Assembly: GCA_963789955.1 (NCBI GenBank)
Contig: CAWBMV010000001.1
Location: 64,001 to 128,000 of the forward strand
DNA from: an uncultured Candidatus Rokubacteria bacterium
GTDB lineage: Bacteria > Methylomirabilota > Methylomirabilia > Rokubacteriales > CSP1-6
Direction of reading: 5' to 3'
Length of the DNA stretch: 64,000 nucleotides
Positions 43,422 through 55,121 of this stretch are shown here, one piece after another. The position numbers were made by a program, and so were the translations under genes. Within the stretch, counting starts at the first letter, position 1, and each line of letters opens with the position of its first letter. The notes beneath the pieces are model-generated. The model had not been told where the DNA came from and did no database searches. It was given only the letters and a program-made list of their open reading frames with translations.

Positions 43422-44137
43422 GGATCGTCCTTCCGCTCGTGCTCCTGGTCGCGCTGGCCGGCTGCAGCGTGCTGGAACGCGCGCGGTCGAACTTCTGGGA
43501 GCTCGAGCGCGGGCCGTCGAGGCAAGCCCCCGATCCGGAGGTCGCGCGCGAAGCGGTGATCCAGGTGTACGCCGCGCGCACGGTCGGCTGGCGCGGTTTC
43601 TTCGCGGTGCACACCTGGATCTCGGTGAAGCCGCGCGACGCCGAGTCTTACACGCGCTACGAGGTGATCGGCTGGGGCGTCGGCAGCGGCGCACCCGCGA
43701 TCCGGGTCAATCGCACCGGCGCCGACAATTACTGGTTCGGCGATCGCCCCGAGCTGCTGGTCGATGTCCGCGGCGAAGCCGCCGAGCCGCTGATCGCGCG
43801 AGTCGAGGCGGCCGTGGCGTCCTATCCGTATCCGATGAGCTATCGCACCTGGCCGGGTCCCAACAGCAACACGTTCACGGCCTGGGTCGGACGGAGCGTA
43901 CCGGAGCTCCGCCTCAAGCTGCCGCCGACCGCGATCGGCAAGGACTTTCTGCCGAGCTCGCTCGCGGACACGACGCCGAGCGGCACGGGCGTGCAGTTCT
44001 CGCTCTTCGGGCTCACCGGGCTCGCCGTCGGCTGGGAAGAAGGCATCGAGGTCAACCTGCTCACGCTCAACTTCGGCGTCGAGGTGAAGCCACCCGCGCT
44101 CAAGCTCCCCATGGTGGGTCGCATCGGCCCTTCCTGA
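43418..44137 (+). CDS. DUF3750-like lipoprotein
   Basis: VYAART.GWRG.FAVHTW, YRTWPGPNSNTF, LPPTAIGKD. Confidence 0.8.
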   Translation: MRIVLPLVLLVALAGCSVLERARSNFWELERGPSRQAPDPEVAREAVIQVYAARTVGWRGFFAVHTWISVKPRDAESYTRYEVIGWGVGSGAPAIRVNRTGADNYWFGDRPELLVDVRGEAAEPLIARVEAAVASYPYPMSYRTWPGPNSNTFTAWVGRSVPELRLKLPPTAIGKDFLPSSLADTTPSGTGVQFSLFGLTGLAVGWEEGIEVNLLTLNFGVEVKPPALKLPMVGRIGPS

Positions 44138-44165
44138 GGCGCCGGAGCCATGCGCTCCGGCGCCT
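44137..44165. terminator. GC-rich hairpin downstream of xfp-ackA-DUF3750
   Basis: AGGCGCCGGAGC-catgc-GCTCCGGCGCCT, no U-tract. Confidence 0.45.
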
Positions 44166-44350
44166 ACTCCGCGCCAGCGGCTTTCGCGGTGGGCGTGCTC
44201 GTCGGCCCGGACGTGCCGGGCCCCTTTGGACCAACGTCGGACCGCGGTGCAACGATCGTCCGATAGCGCGCTCTCGTGTTGTGCACTAGCTTCGAGCTGA
44301 TCAACGGCGCGCGTGCGCTCGACCGTGGCGCGCGCGAAAGGAGGCGTACC

Positions 44351-44737
44351 GTGAACGAAGAGATTCGACGACGTCGCTTGGCAGGAGGGCTCGCGGTGCT
44401 GGTCGCCGCGCTCATCACGGCGAGTTGTGCAAGTGCGAGGCCCATGGCGGACAGCAAGGTCGGGCAGGCGGACCGGGCGGTCGTCGACGCGCAGCAGGCC
44501 GGCGCCACCGCCAATGCCTCCATGGAGCTGACGACCGCGCAGAACAAGCTAAAGGACGCGCAAGCGGCGATCGCCAGGCGTGACTACGAGGCGGCGATCA
44601 AGTTGGCAGATCAGTCGACGGTCGATGCGGACTATGCGCGGGCCAAGTCGGTCAACCAGCGTACCAACAAGGCGATCGAAGAGATGAAGCAGAGTCAGCA
44701 GGTGCTACGCCAAGAGCTCGAGCGGCTCCCTCAATGA
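44351..44737 (+). CDS. DUF4398-like lipoprotein
   Basis: Lipobox TASC, Ala/Gln-rich helices, VDADYARAK. Confidence 0.72.
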   Translation: MNEEIRRRRLAGGLAVLVAALITASCASARPMADSKVGQADRAVVDAQQAGATANASMELTTAQNKLKDAQAAIARRDYEAAIKLADQSTVDADYARAKSVNQRTNKAIEEMKQSQQVLRQELERLPQ

Positions 44738-44977
44738 CTCGAGAGGAAATCCCGGAGGTCACATTCATGAGTCGGTTGAGCGCGCAGATCAGATACGTCG
44801 TCGCTGCACTCCTCCCCCTCGCCGTCCTGGCCGGGTGTGCCCTCGAGGGAAAGCGCGATCCGTCGTGTGAGGACTTGATTCGCTGGGCGCGTGCGTCGTC
44901 TTCGGCTTTCGGGGGCGGGCTATGCCGTGAGCCCTTGGGGGTGGTATGTTCGGGCAATCTCGGATCGGGAGGCAGCG

Positions 44978-45760
44978 ATGGACGTCCTGGAGCTTGGTCT
45001 CGCCGGCAAGGTCGCGATCGTCACGGGCGGTAGCGAAGGGCTCGGCCGCGCGTGCGTCGAGCGGTTCGCCATCAGCGGCGCGAAGGTCGCCGCGTGCGCG
45101 CGTCGCAAGGACGTGCTCGCGCGCGCGGTCGACGCGATCCAGAAGAAGACGGGTGCGGACATCCTGGCGATGTCCACCGACGTCACCAATGGCCCGGAGG
45201 TCGAGGCCTTCGTCGCCGCGACCGTGGCGCGGTTCGGCGGGGTCGACATCCTCGTGAACAACGCGGGCACCTCGTCCGCCGCCGGCTTCGAGGAGGTGGA
45301 CGACGCCACGTGGCAGTACGACTTCGACTCGAAGGTGATGGGCGCGATCCGGTTTTGCCGGCTCGTCATCCCGCACATGAAGCGTCGCGGCGGCGGGCGC
45401 ATCATCAACGTGACGACCGTCGGCGGCAAGGCTCCGGCGGCGCGCTCGCTGCCGACCAGCATGTCGCGCGCGGCGGGCATCAACCTCACGAAGTCGCTCG
45501 CCCACGAGTACGCGGCGGACAAGATCCTCGTGAACACGATCTGTCTGGGCCTGATCAAGAGTGCCCAGCACGAGCGACGCGCCACGGGCGATCTCGACGC
45601 GTACTACCGCGACATCGCGCAGAAGCGCAAGCTGCCGCTCGGACGATTCGGCGAGGCCCACGAGTTCGCCGATCTCGTCGCGTTCCTCGCCTCCGAGCGC
45701 GCGGCCTATATCACCGGGACGGCCATCAACTTCGATGGCGGCATCACAGCGGCGGTGTAA
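44978..45760 (+). CDS. SDR family oxidoreductase
   Basis: VTGGSEGLG, LVNNAG, YITG...DGG. Confidence 0.92.
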   Translation: MDVLELGLAGKVAIVTGGSEGLGRACVERFAISGAKVAACARRKDVLARAVDAIQKKTGADILAMSTDVTNGPEVEAFVAATVARFGGVDILVNNAGTSSAAGFEEVDDATWQYDFDSKVMGAIRFCRLVIPHMKRRGGGRIINVTTVGGKAPAARSLPTSMSRAAGINLTKSLAHEYAADKILVNTICLGLIKSAQHERRATGDLDAYYRDIAQKRKLPLGRFGEAHEFADLVAFLASERAAYITGTAINFDGGITAAV

Positions 45761-45772
45761 GCGGAGGCGCGA

Positions 45773-46130
45773 ATGCTCAAGCGGAGCGTGGTCGTCGCCA
45801 GCATGCTGGCGATCGGGTGCGTCCTCGGGTTCGGAACCCTCGCGTTCACCCAGGAAAAGAAGCCGCCGGCGACGCGCACCGGACTGCACCTGATTCACGC
45901 GGCGGCCAAGGCGCTCGAGGACGCCGAGAAGCATCTGCAGCGCGCCGAGCACCACTTCGGCGGCCATCGCGCCAAGGCGCTCGAGCTGGTGAAGCAGGCG
46001 GAAGGCGAGCTGAAGCAGGCCGTGGAATACGCCAAGGCCAATCCGCCGGCGCCCAGCAAGCCGGCGAGCACGACGACCCCGGCCACCACTCCGGCGCCGG
46101 CAACTCCGCCGCCGCCGCGCCAAACAATGA
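45773..46130 (+). CDS. Small secreted His-rich helical protein with Pro/Thr tail
   Basis: Signal peptide, HLQRAEHHFGGHRAKALEL; probable stop at the ATGA overlap 46127-46130. Confidence 0.65.
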
Positions 46131-46936
46131 CCGCCATGCTGGCTCTCCACACGTGGACTCTCGACACGACGCCGCTGGCCGACGCACTTCGCGCGACGCG
46201 GACGGCGGGCTGGGACGGCGTGGAGCTGCGCCGGATCGATTTCGCTCGCGCGGCCGAGAAGGGGCAGGCCGCGGCGGACGTGCTCGCGCTGGTCAAGGCG
46301 AGCGGACTGCGCGTGGCGTGCGTCGGCGTCGAGCTCGGCTGGATGTTCGCCGACGGTGACGAGCGCCGCAAGCTGATGCAGGCGTTCGACGAATCCTGCC
46401 GCTGGGCCGTGGAGCTCGGATGCCAGACGGTGATGAGCGCGTCGGACCGCGGGCGGGGCGACCTGGCGCGCGCCGCCGCGAACATGCGCGAGGCCGCCGG
46501 CATCGCGGCGTCGCATCGCGTGAAGCTCGCCGTCGAGTTCAACTCGCAGGCCGACCAGCTCAACAATCTCGAGGTCATGCGCGGCGTCGTCGCGAAGGCC
46601 GCGCATGCGAGCTGCGGGCTCCTGCTCGACACCTATCACCTGCAGCGCAGCGGGGCCAGCCTGGCCGCGATCGAGGACGTCGCGCTCGGCGAGATCGCCT
46701 ACTTCCAGTACAGCGACGTGCCGCGCAGCGGGCTCGAGCCGGGCAAGGCGCTCGACCGGCTGCCGCCCGGGCGGGGGAGCGTGCCGTTCAAGGAGATCTT
46801 CGCGCTGCTCGATCGGAAAGGATATCGCGGGTTCATGAGCTACGAAGCGCCGAACCCGGCGGCGTGGGCGCGGCCCGCCGACGAGGTCGCGCGCGAGGCG
46901 CTCGACGCGACGCGCGCGCACCTGCCCGCCCGCTGA
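46127..46936 (+). CDS. Sugar phosphate isomerase/epimerase (IolI/xylose isomerase-like TIM barrel)
   Basis: AGWDGVEL, LAVEF, LLDTYH, RLPPG.G, GYRG.MSYE. Confidence 0.88.
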   Translation: MTAMLALHTWTLDTTPLADALRATRTAGWDGVELRRIDFARAAEKGQAAADVLALVKASGLRVACVGVELGWMFADGDERRKLMQAFDESCRWAVELGCQTVMSASDRGRGDLARAAANMREAAGIAASHRVKLAVEFNSQADQLNNLEVMRGVVAKAAHASCGLLLDTYHLQRSGASLAAIEDVALGEIAYFQYSDVPRSGLEPGKALDRLPPGRGSVPFKEIFALLDRKGYRGFMSYEAPNPAAWARPADEVAREALDATRAHLPAR

Positions 46937-46971
46937 GACCCGCGCTCGCTGAGATAAGAGAGAGGATCCCC

Positions 46972-48706
46972 ATGCGCAAGACCATCACCGGCACCGGCGG
47001 CATGCTGCTCGTGCAGACCCTGAAAGACGCGGGCGTGGAGTATCTGTTCACGAATCCGGGCTCCGCCGAGACCGGCATCTTCGCCGCGCTGTCCGAGGAC
47101 CAGGATCAGAAGCTCATCGTCGGCAAGCACGAGGGGCTCGTGGCGGCGATGGCCGACGGCTACCACCGCACCAGCGGCAAGGTGGGCGTCATCATCGCGC
47201 ACGTGATGGGGGGCTCGTGGCAGCTGGCCGGCCAGCTCTTCAACGCGCAGATCGCCGGCTCGTCGCTCGCTGGTGATCGCGGGCGACTGGGCGTCGGAGC
47301 TCCAGGATTTCCGCGGCCTGGCGCCGTTCCCGGGGCTGACGCAGGCCGAGTCGATGCGGCCGATCACCAAGGACGCGCGCGCCGCGTATCAGGTCGCGGC
47401 GAATCCGGCGGCGATCACCGTGGCGACCACGCGCGCGCTGCGCGAAGCTACCACGCCGCCGACCGGTCCCGTGTACCTCTCGATCAGCGCCGAGCTCTTG
47501 CTCCGCGAAGGGCTGGAGGCGCAAATCGGCGAGGCCGCGGCGTACCAGATCGAGCGGCCGGGCCCGGCGCGCGCGAAGACGGTCGAGGCGATCGCGCGAA
47601 AGCTCGGCGAGGCGAAGTGCCCCGTCCTGATGTTCGGTGACGACGTCTGGCGGGAGCGCGCGGGGGTCGAAGCGGTCCGGCTCGCCGAAGCGCTCGAGGC
47701 GCCGGTGTTCGCCACGCGGCAGATCTTCCCGAACTTCCCGACGCGGCATCCGCTCTATTGCGGCATGTATCCGGTCTCCAAGGATTTCGAGAAGGTCACC
47801 GGTCTCAAGCCGGATCTGATCTTCATGGTCGGCGTGCAGGGCGTGCACGGCGGCGTCGCCGAGCCGTTCGTGATCCAGATCGGCCAGAACCCGGTCCTGA
47901 TGGGCCGCCACTACCCGCTCGACATCGCCGCGCAGTGCGAGCTGCCGGACACGCTCCGCAGCATCACCGCCGCCCTGACGCGCGTGCACGCCGCCGACAA
48001 GGTGTCGGGATGGGCGCGCCAGCGTGAGAAGGTGCGGGCCTACGCGAAGCTCTTGATCTCGCGCGAGGAGGATCTGGCGCGTGAGCACGAGCACGACGTG
48101 ATCGTGCATCCGAGCGTGCTCGAGACGCATCTGGCCCAGCTGCTGCCGAAGAACACCATGATGGTGCAGGAGAGCTCGACCGCGCGGACCACCTTGCTGC
48201 CCTTCGGCCACGACGCGATGGGCTGGACCCGCAGCGGCGGCGGCTCGCTCGGGTTCGGCGTGGGCGCGGCGATCGGCGCCAAGATCGGGGTCGGCCGCGA
48301 GCGGCCGGTCGTCCTGCATCTCGGCGACGGGGCCCTGACCTACAGCGCGGCCGGCTTCTGGTCGATGGCGCGCTACAACACCGCGATCCTCACCATCATC
48401 TCGAACAACGAGACCTATCAGGTCGTCCGGACCAACTGGGCGCGCGAGGTGCCGGACAGCAAGATGGTGCACACCGGCAAGTATCCCGGGCTCTATCTCG
48501 ACGCGCCGGCGACCGACTACGCCGGGCTCGCGCGCTCGCAGGGCGTCGACGGCGAGACCGTGAAGACCTTGAAGGAGCTCGAGCCGGCGCTCAGGCGCGG
48601 CATCGAGCGGACGACGCGCGAGAACAAGCCGTACGTGATCGACGTGAAGGTCTCGCGCGAGGGTATCGGCGCGGACTCGACCTGGTACCAAGACTGGAAG
48701 ATGTAG
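46972..48706 (+). CDS. Thiamine-diphosphate enzyme (benzoylformate decarboxylase-like); frameshift ~47268
   Basis: FTNPGSAE, HE..AAMADG, GGSLGFG, GDG...NN. Confidence 0.88.
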
Positions 48707-48805
48707 CCGCCTGCGTGCCTGTCTCTCGGTCGTCCAAATCTCGGCGGAGCCCAGGTAGTGGACGCGACCGTTCACCACGGGTACGCTCGGCGGTAGGAGG
48801 TGAAC

Positions 48806-49175
48806 ATGGCTAATCCATTCGTCCACGTGGAGCTGCAGACGAACGACCCCACGAGCGCGAGAAAATTTTACACGGGTCTCTTTCGGCTGGAAGCTGCAGG
48901 ACGTGCCGATGGCCGGCGGCACTTACACGATGATCGACGTGGGGGGCGGTACCGGGGGCGGCATGATGCTCAACCCGATCCCGGGAGCGCCATCGCACTG
49001 GCTCTCCTACGTCGGTGTCGATGACATCAACGTGTCGACGAAGAAGGCCAAGGAACTCGGCGCGATGGTGGTCATGGACGTGACCGAGGTCGGTGAGTTC
49101 GGCTGGATGAGCGTGGTCACCGATCCGACCGGCGCGACCCTGGCCATGTGGAAGCCGAAGACCCCGCACAAGTGA
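48806..49175 (+). CDS. VOC/glyoxalase family protein; frameshift ~48880
   Basis: NPFVHVELQT, HWLSYVGVDD, DPTGA. Confidence 0.9.
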
Positions 49176-49183
49176 GCTGACGC

Positions 49184-49212
49184 CACGGTGCCCGCGCTCG
49201 GCGGGCACCGTG
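49184..49212. terminator. Hairpin between convergent genes
   Basis: CACGGTGCCCGC-gctcg-GCGGGCACCGTG. Confidence 0.55.
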
Positions 49213-49213
49213 C

Positions 49214-50083
49214 CTATCTCGCGCCGTCGCGCAAGGCCACCAGCAGACGGCGGACCCACACGCGGATCATCTCGCGCCGGTAGTCTGCGCTGCCCATGAG
49301 GTCGGAGAGGGGATCGGCCTCTTGCGCCGCGGCCTCGGCAGCGGCCCGCACGGCGGCGTCGGTCAGCGTCTCTCCGCGCAAGGTTCTCTCGGCGTTCTCG
49401 GCGCGGATCGGCGTCGGGGCGGCGCCCCCGAGCGCGAGGCGGATGTCCGCGCAACGCCCGGCCTCATCGCGCGTGACGAGCGCGGCGACGCCGATCAGTG
49501 GCTTGTCCTCCGCCGAGCGTGACGTGTACTTGATGTAGCCGCCTCGCGCGCCGGCCGGCGTGGGCGGAACGCGGATCGCCGTGACGATCTCGCCGGGCTC
49601 CAGCGCCGTCTCGTAGAAGCCTCTGAAGAACCGCGCGATCGGCACCGTTCGGCTCCCGCGGGGGCCGTCTACGCGAACCTCGGCGTGCAGGCACAGGAGC
49701 GCGGGCGCAGGATCCGACGCGGCCTCGGCGTAGGCGAGGTTGCCGCCGATGGTCCCGGAGGTCCGGATCGCGGGCGTGGCGACGCGCCGTACCGCTTCGG
49801 CGAGCAGCGGCCAGCCGTCTCGGACGACGCGCGACTGCTCGATGTCCGCGTGCGTGGCCATGGCGCCGAGCTCGAGCGTGCCGCTCTCGACGCGGATCTG
49901 GCTCAGCCCGGGCACCCGGTGCAAGGAGATCAGGCGGTCGGGCTTCACGAGCCCGAGGCGGATCATCGCGACGAGCGCCGTCCCGCCCGCGACGAGCCGC
50001 GCCTCGCCGTCGAGTCGCCCGAGCGCCTCGATCGCGTCGGGGATCGACTCGGGCTCGACCAGACGAAACGGATGCAGGCGCAC
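49214..50083 (-). CDS. Mo-hydroxylase FAD-binding medium subunit (CoxM-like)
   Basis: AGGTALV, IR..GTIGGN, ASDPAP, SADYRR. Confidence 0.92.
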   Translation of the reverse strand: MRLHPFRLVEPESIPDAIEALGRLDGEARLVAGGTALVAMIRLGLVKPDRLISLHRVPGLSQIRVESGTLELGAMATHADIEQSRVVRDGWPLLAEAVRRVATPAIRTSGTIGGNLAYAEAASDPAPALLCLHAEVRVDGPRGSRTVPIARFFRGFYETALEPGEIVTAIRVPPTPAGARGGYIKYTSRSAEDKPLIGVAALVTRDEAGRCADIRLALGGAAPTPIRAENAERTLRGETLTDAAVRAAAEAAAQEADPLSDLMGSADYRREMIRVWVRRLLVALRDGAR

Positions 50084-50085
50084 GC

Positions 50086-50541
<456 letters not shown>

Positions 50542-50545
<4 letters not shown>

Positions 50546-50997
50546 GCCGGTCGCTCGATGGCCGCCCGCACGTTCGCGGCGAAGTCGCCGGCGAGCTGCT
50601 TGGCCTTGACCTTCATGACCGCGTCACCGACCGAGCCGAGCCGGCCGAGCACGCGGACCTCGCTGCGGTATCGCACGAGCGTGCCGGCCCCGGCGGCGGG
50701 TGCCAGATCGAGCGTGTTTCGGACTTCGACCTGGCTCGCGAGCTTTCGGTCCTCGCCGCGCGCCAGCGAGACGAGATGCCGCGGCCGATCCGATTCGACG
50801 ATCTCGACCTTGAGACTCTGGGTCGTCGAGAGAAAGCCGACCTTGACGGTGAGGCGCACCCGGTAGGTCTTCGCGTCCTCGACCTCGAGGCTCTCGCAGC
50901 CGGGCAGGCACGGCGCGATGCGCTCGGGATCGAGGAGAAAATCCCACACGACGTCGGGCGAGGCGCTGACGGCGAATTCCTCCTCGAACACCGGCAT
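50542..50997 (-). CDS. CoxG-like SRPBCC protein
   Basis: VWDFLLDP...PCLPGC, GRLGSVG. Confidence 0.88.
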
Positions 50998-51000
50998 GCG

Positions 51001-53284
51001 CTACGCCCGCTTCGCGCGAAGCGCCGCCAGCACGCGCTCAGAGGTGATCGGCAGCTCCGTCATGCGCACGCCGAGCGCGTTCGAGACCGCGTTGGCGACG
51101 GCGCCGATGCTCGGCGTCATGGCCGGCTCGCCCAGCCCCTTGGCGCCGAACGGACCGAGCCCTTCGCCGGATTCCAGCAGGACCGTCGTGATGGCCGGCG
51201 CGTCGAGCGAGGTCGGAATCTTGTAGTCGGCCAGGTGCGGGTTCTTGCTGACGCCGTTCTCGAGGGCGATCTCTTCCATGAGCGCGTAGCCGAGCCCCTG
51301 GACCGCGCCGCCCTCGAGCTGGCCTTCGGCGTTCGCGCGATGGATGATGCGCCCCGCGTCGAAGCACGAGACGAGGCGCGTCGGGCGCGTGCGACCCGTC
51401 TCGTCGTCGATCTCGACCTCGAGCGCGTGCGTGCCGAACGTGTAGTCGTTGAACGCCTTGCCCTGACCCGTGGCCGGGTCGATCGTCGGCGCCGAGGGCG
51501 CGTCGTATTTCTCGAGCACCTGCACGGGCCGCCCCTGGCCGGTGGCGCCCTTCACGACGCTCGCCATCGAGAGCGCGCGATCCGGCGTGCCGCGGACGAA
51601 CGCGCGTCCGCCGGCCAGCTCGATGTCGCCCGGCGCGGCCTCCAGGAGCGCCGCGGCCGCCTCGACCAGATGACGGCGCAGCTCGCGCGCCGCGGTGAGC
51701 ACCGCGTTGCCGGACATCAGGAGCTGTCGCGTGGCGGTGGTCGTGCCGGCGCGCGGGGTGAAGTGGCTATCGCGGCCCACGGCGGTCACGTGGTCGAGCT
51801 CGAGGCCGAGCACCTCGGCGGTGATGGCGCAGAGGGACGAGGTCTGACCGCCGCCGACGTCGGGCGCGGCACAGCGGACGACGGCGGTGCCGTCGAGCTC
51901 CATGCCGATCCACGCGCTCGCCGAGTCGCGCGTCCAGCACATGCGCCCGTACGGGGAAAACGACGCGGCCACCGCGCGGCCGATTCGCGTGGGCGCCTGC
52001 GACGGCCGGCGCTCGCCGAGCCCCGCCCATGCCCGGCGCATCGTCTCGGCCAGCATCGGCTCGGTCTCGAGCACCTGACCCGTCGCGAGCTTGTCGCCCT
52101 TTGCGCAGAAAGTTCTGCTCGCGGAGCGCGAGCGGGTCCATGTGGAGCGCCTCGGCCAGCGCGTCCATCTGGCCCTCGTAGGCCAGGCAGGTCTGGATCG
52201 ATCCGAAGCACCGGTAGGCGCTCGCGACGGGATTGTTCGTGTAGACCGTCGTCGCGTCGACCTTGACGTTCGGGATCCGGTAGGGCCCCGTCGAGGTCAC
52301 CAGGCTGTAGAGCAGGACCCACGGCGAGAGCGCCGCGTAGGCGCCGGAGTCGGAGATCAGCTCGGCCTCGAGCGCGACGAGCGCGCCGTCGCGCGCGGCG
52401 CCCGTGCGATAGCGCATCACGTACGGATGCCGCTTGCCGTGACCGATGAACGACTCTTCGCGCGAGAAGACGAGCTGCACGGGGCGGCCGGTCTTCCAGA
52501 CGAGCAGACCCAGCAGACACTCGACGGTCACGTCTTCCTTGCCCCCGAAGCCGCCGCCGAGGTAGGCGCCCTCGAGCCGCACCCGTCCGTGCGGCAGCTG
52601 CAGGACCTCGGCGACGTCACGGTAGTGCTCGAGCACCTGGGTGCTCACGCGCATGGTCAGCACGCCCTCACCGTCGATCCAGCCGATCCCGCTCTCGGTT
52701 TCCATGTAGACGTGATCGACGAACGGCGTGCGATACGTGTTCTCGACGACGACGGCCGCGCGCGCGAAGCCCTGCGCGATGTCGCCGGAGCGCAGATGCC
52801 AGCTCCGGAGGAGATTGCCGCTGTCGTGAACCTTCGGCGCATCCGGCGCGAGCGCCGCGAGCGGATCGTAGACGCCCGGCAGATCCTCGTAGTCGACCTC
52901 GACGAGATCGGCGGCGGCCGCCGCGATCTCGGGTGTCGTGGCCGCGATCGCCACCACGGGCTCGCCCTGGAAGCGCACGCGATCGTCGGCCAGCACGGGC
53001 TGCGTGGCCAGCACGGCGCCGGCGGTGGCTTCGGCCATGCGGCCCGGCAGCTCCATCCGCTGCTCGTTGCGCGGCACGTCGCGCGCGGTGAGCACGGCGA
53101 TCACGCCGGGCAGGGCGCGAGCCGCGCGCGTGTCGATGCGTACGATGCGCGCCGACGCATACGGGCTTCGCACGATGCGGCCGTGGAGCATGCCGGCCAG
53201 CGCCAGGTCGCCGGCGTAGATCGGCCGGCCGCGCACCTTTTCCCACGCGTCCGGCCGGGCCGGGCTCGTGCCGATCACTCGCAT
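51001..53284 (-). CDS. Mo-hydroxylase molybdopterin large subunit (xanthine dehydrogenase/CoxL family); frameshift ~52100
   Basis: LGGGFGGK, AYRCFG, GQLEGGAVQG, GAKGLGE. Confidence 0.93.
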
Positions 53285-53309
53285 GGACTGAACGCGACGG
53301 CGGCGAGGA

Positions 53310-53645
53310 TCATGAGTTCAGTGGCCGAGAGCGATCATGAGGAAGTAGATGGCCTGGAAGGGCGAGGCCGCCTGGAGTGCTGTGGACCATCGAACACTCG
53401 AGCGGCAGCATGCGAACAGGCGGAAACATCTGCAGGCGGTCCAGCGCCGGCCACGGCAAGGGGCCGAAGTACCACGTCACCGTCTGGTAGCGCACCTGCA
53501 AGGCCGTTCCCGACAGCCGGACCTCACGGAAGCCGGTCAGCATCTCGCGAGCCGCCCCGATCAGCATCGCCGACTTCGTCACGCACCCGCCCATGACCAG
53601 CGAGACGACGATCACGCCGAGCACGGGCGTGACCTGCGAGCGCAT
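53310..53645 (-). CDS. Hypothetical lipoprotein, possibly truncated
   Basis: MRSQVTPVLGVIVVSLVMGGC lipobox; 3' end uncertain. Confidence 0.35.
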   Translation of the reverse strand: MRSQVTPVLGVIVVSLVMGGCVTKSAMLIGAAREMLTGFREVRLSGTALQVRYQTVTWYFGPLPWPALDRLQMFPPVRMLPLECSMVHSTPGGLALPGHLLPHDRSRPLNS

Positions 53646-53653
53646 CGTGCGCC

Positions 53654-55105
53654 TCAGTGCCCCGCCGACGCCTTCACGGAGCCGGCCGGCTGGGCGTCGA
53701 TCCACTGGAAGTACTTGATGTACTGCTTGATCTCCGCGTCGCCGAGGCTCTGGTTCGGCATCGGGAGGTTGTTGAACTCCTTCAGCATCGCCTTCGCGTC
53801 GGCGTCGGTCTCGAGCATCTTCTCCGGCGCCTTGAGCCAGCGCGTCAGCCAGGCGTCGCTGCGCCGCTTGGTCACGCCGGCGAGGTCGGGTCCGAGCTTC
53901 TTGCCCTCGCCGATCGAGTGGCAGGCCAGGCACTTGCTCTCGAAGGCGAGCTTGCCCCGCACCGCCTCCGGATCGGTCGGCGCGGCCGAGGCCGGCGATG
54001 TTGTGGTGCTCGAGCTCCTTCGCCGGCGGCTTGGCCGCGGTCGAGATCAGCCCGATCGCGCCCTGCGAGGCGTTGGCGAAGTGGTGGTCGACCATGATGT
54101 AGGAGCCCGCCTCGGGGATCACGAACTCGACCGTCGGCGCTGTTGGACGAGCCGAGCAGCACCGTCTGCATGCCGCGGAACTGGTTGTCCGGGTTGCCCT
54201 CGATCCAGACGCGGTCGAAGATCGTGCCGACGACGTGGAAGCTCGAGGTCTTGCTCGGGCCCACGTTGAGCACGTAGCAGGCGCACGCGCTCGCCCGGCT
54301 TGGCGGCGAGCGGCGTCTTCACCATGCCGTTGTGCACGCCGTTGAACACGGTGTGCGTCGGCTGCGCGGCGCGCAGCCGGTCGCCGTCGAGCACGTAGAG
54401 CGGCGCGCCGTCGACCTTCTGCTTGCCCGGGATCGGGCTTGGCGTAGAACTCGCTCTGCACGATCACGTACTCGCGGTCGACCTTCGTCGGGATAGCCGT
54501 CGCGCGGCTCGACGATCACCGCGCCGTACATGCCCGAGGCGATGTGCTCGAGGATCATCGGCGTGCCGCAGTGGTACATGAAGATGCCGGGATAGTTGGC
54601 GGTGAACTCGAAGTCGATCGTCTGCCCCGGCGCGATCGAGCGGTACTTGTCCTGCGGCGACACCATGGCGGCGTGGAAGTCCATCGAGTGCATCATCGGC
54701 GCGGCGGTGATCTGCACGCCCGGCATCGGCTCGTCGCTGCGGTTGGTCATGCTGAACTTGATCTTGTCGCCGACGCGCGCGCGCACCGTCGGGCCGGGCA
54801 CCTGATCGCCGAAGGTCCAGGCGCTGAACTTCACGCCGGGCGCGATCTCGATGATCTTGTGCGTGGTGTCGAGCCGCACCGTCTTGACCGGCGCCGGATC
54901 GAGCGGCTTGAGCTCCGCGCCCAGGCTGAGCGCGCTGCCTTCGGCAAATGCGCCCTTGATGACGCTCGGCGCTGAGCTTTGCCGGGGTGGGCTTGAGGTC
55001 CATCTTGCTGGCGTCGTAGGGATCGGATGTCGGCCGCGCGCCCTGGTCGCAGGCGGCGAGCAGCAGGACGGCGGCGGCGAGCGAGCGGGCCAGCCGAGCA
55101 TGCAT
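53654..55105 (-). CDS. nirK: Copper nitrite reductase, lipoprotein with C-terminal cytochrome c; several frameshifts
   Basis: Lipobox LAAC; HSMDFH, YHCGTPMILEHIASGMYG, SSFHVVG, VDH; CLACH heme motif and distal Met (LPMP). Confidence 0.88.
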
Positions 55106-55121
55106 TCGTTTTCCTCCGGTG

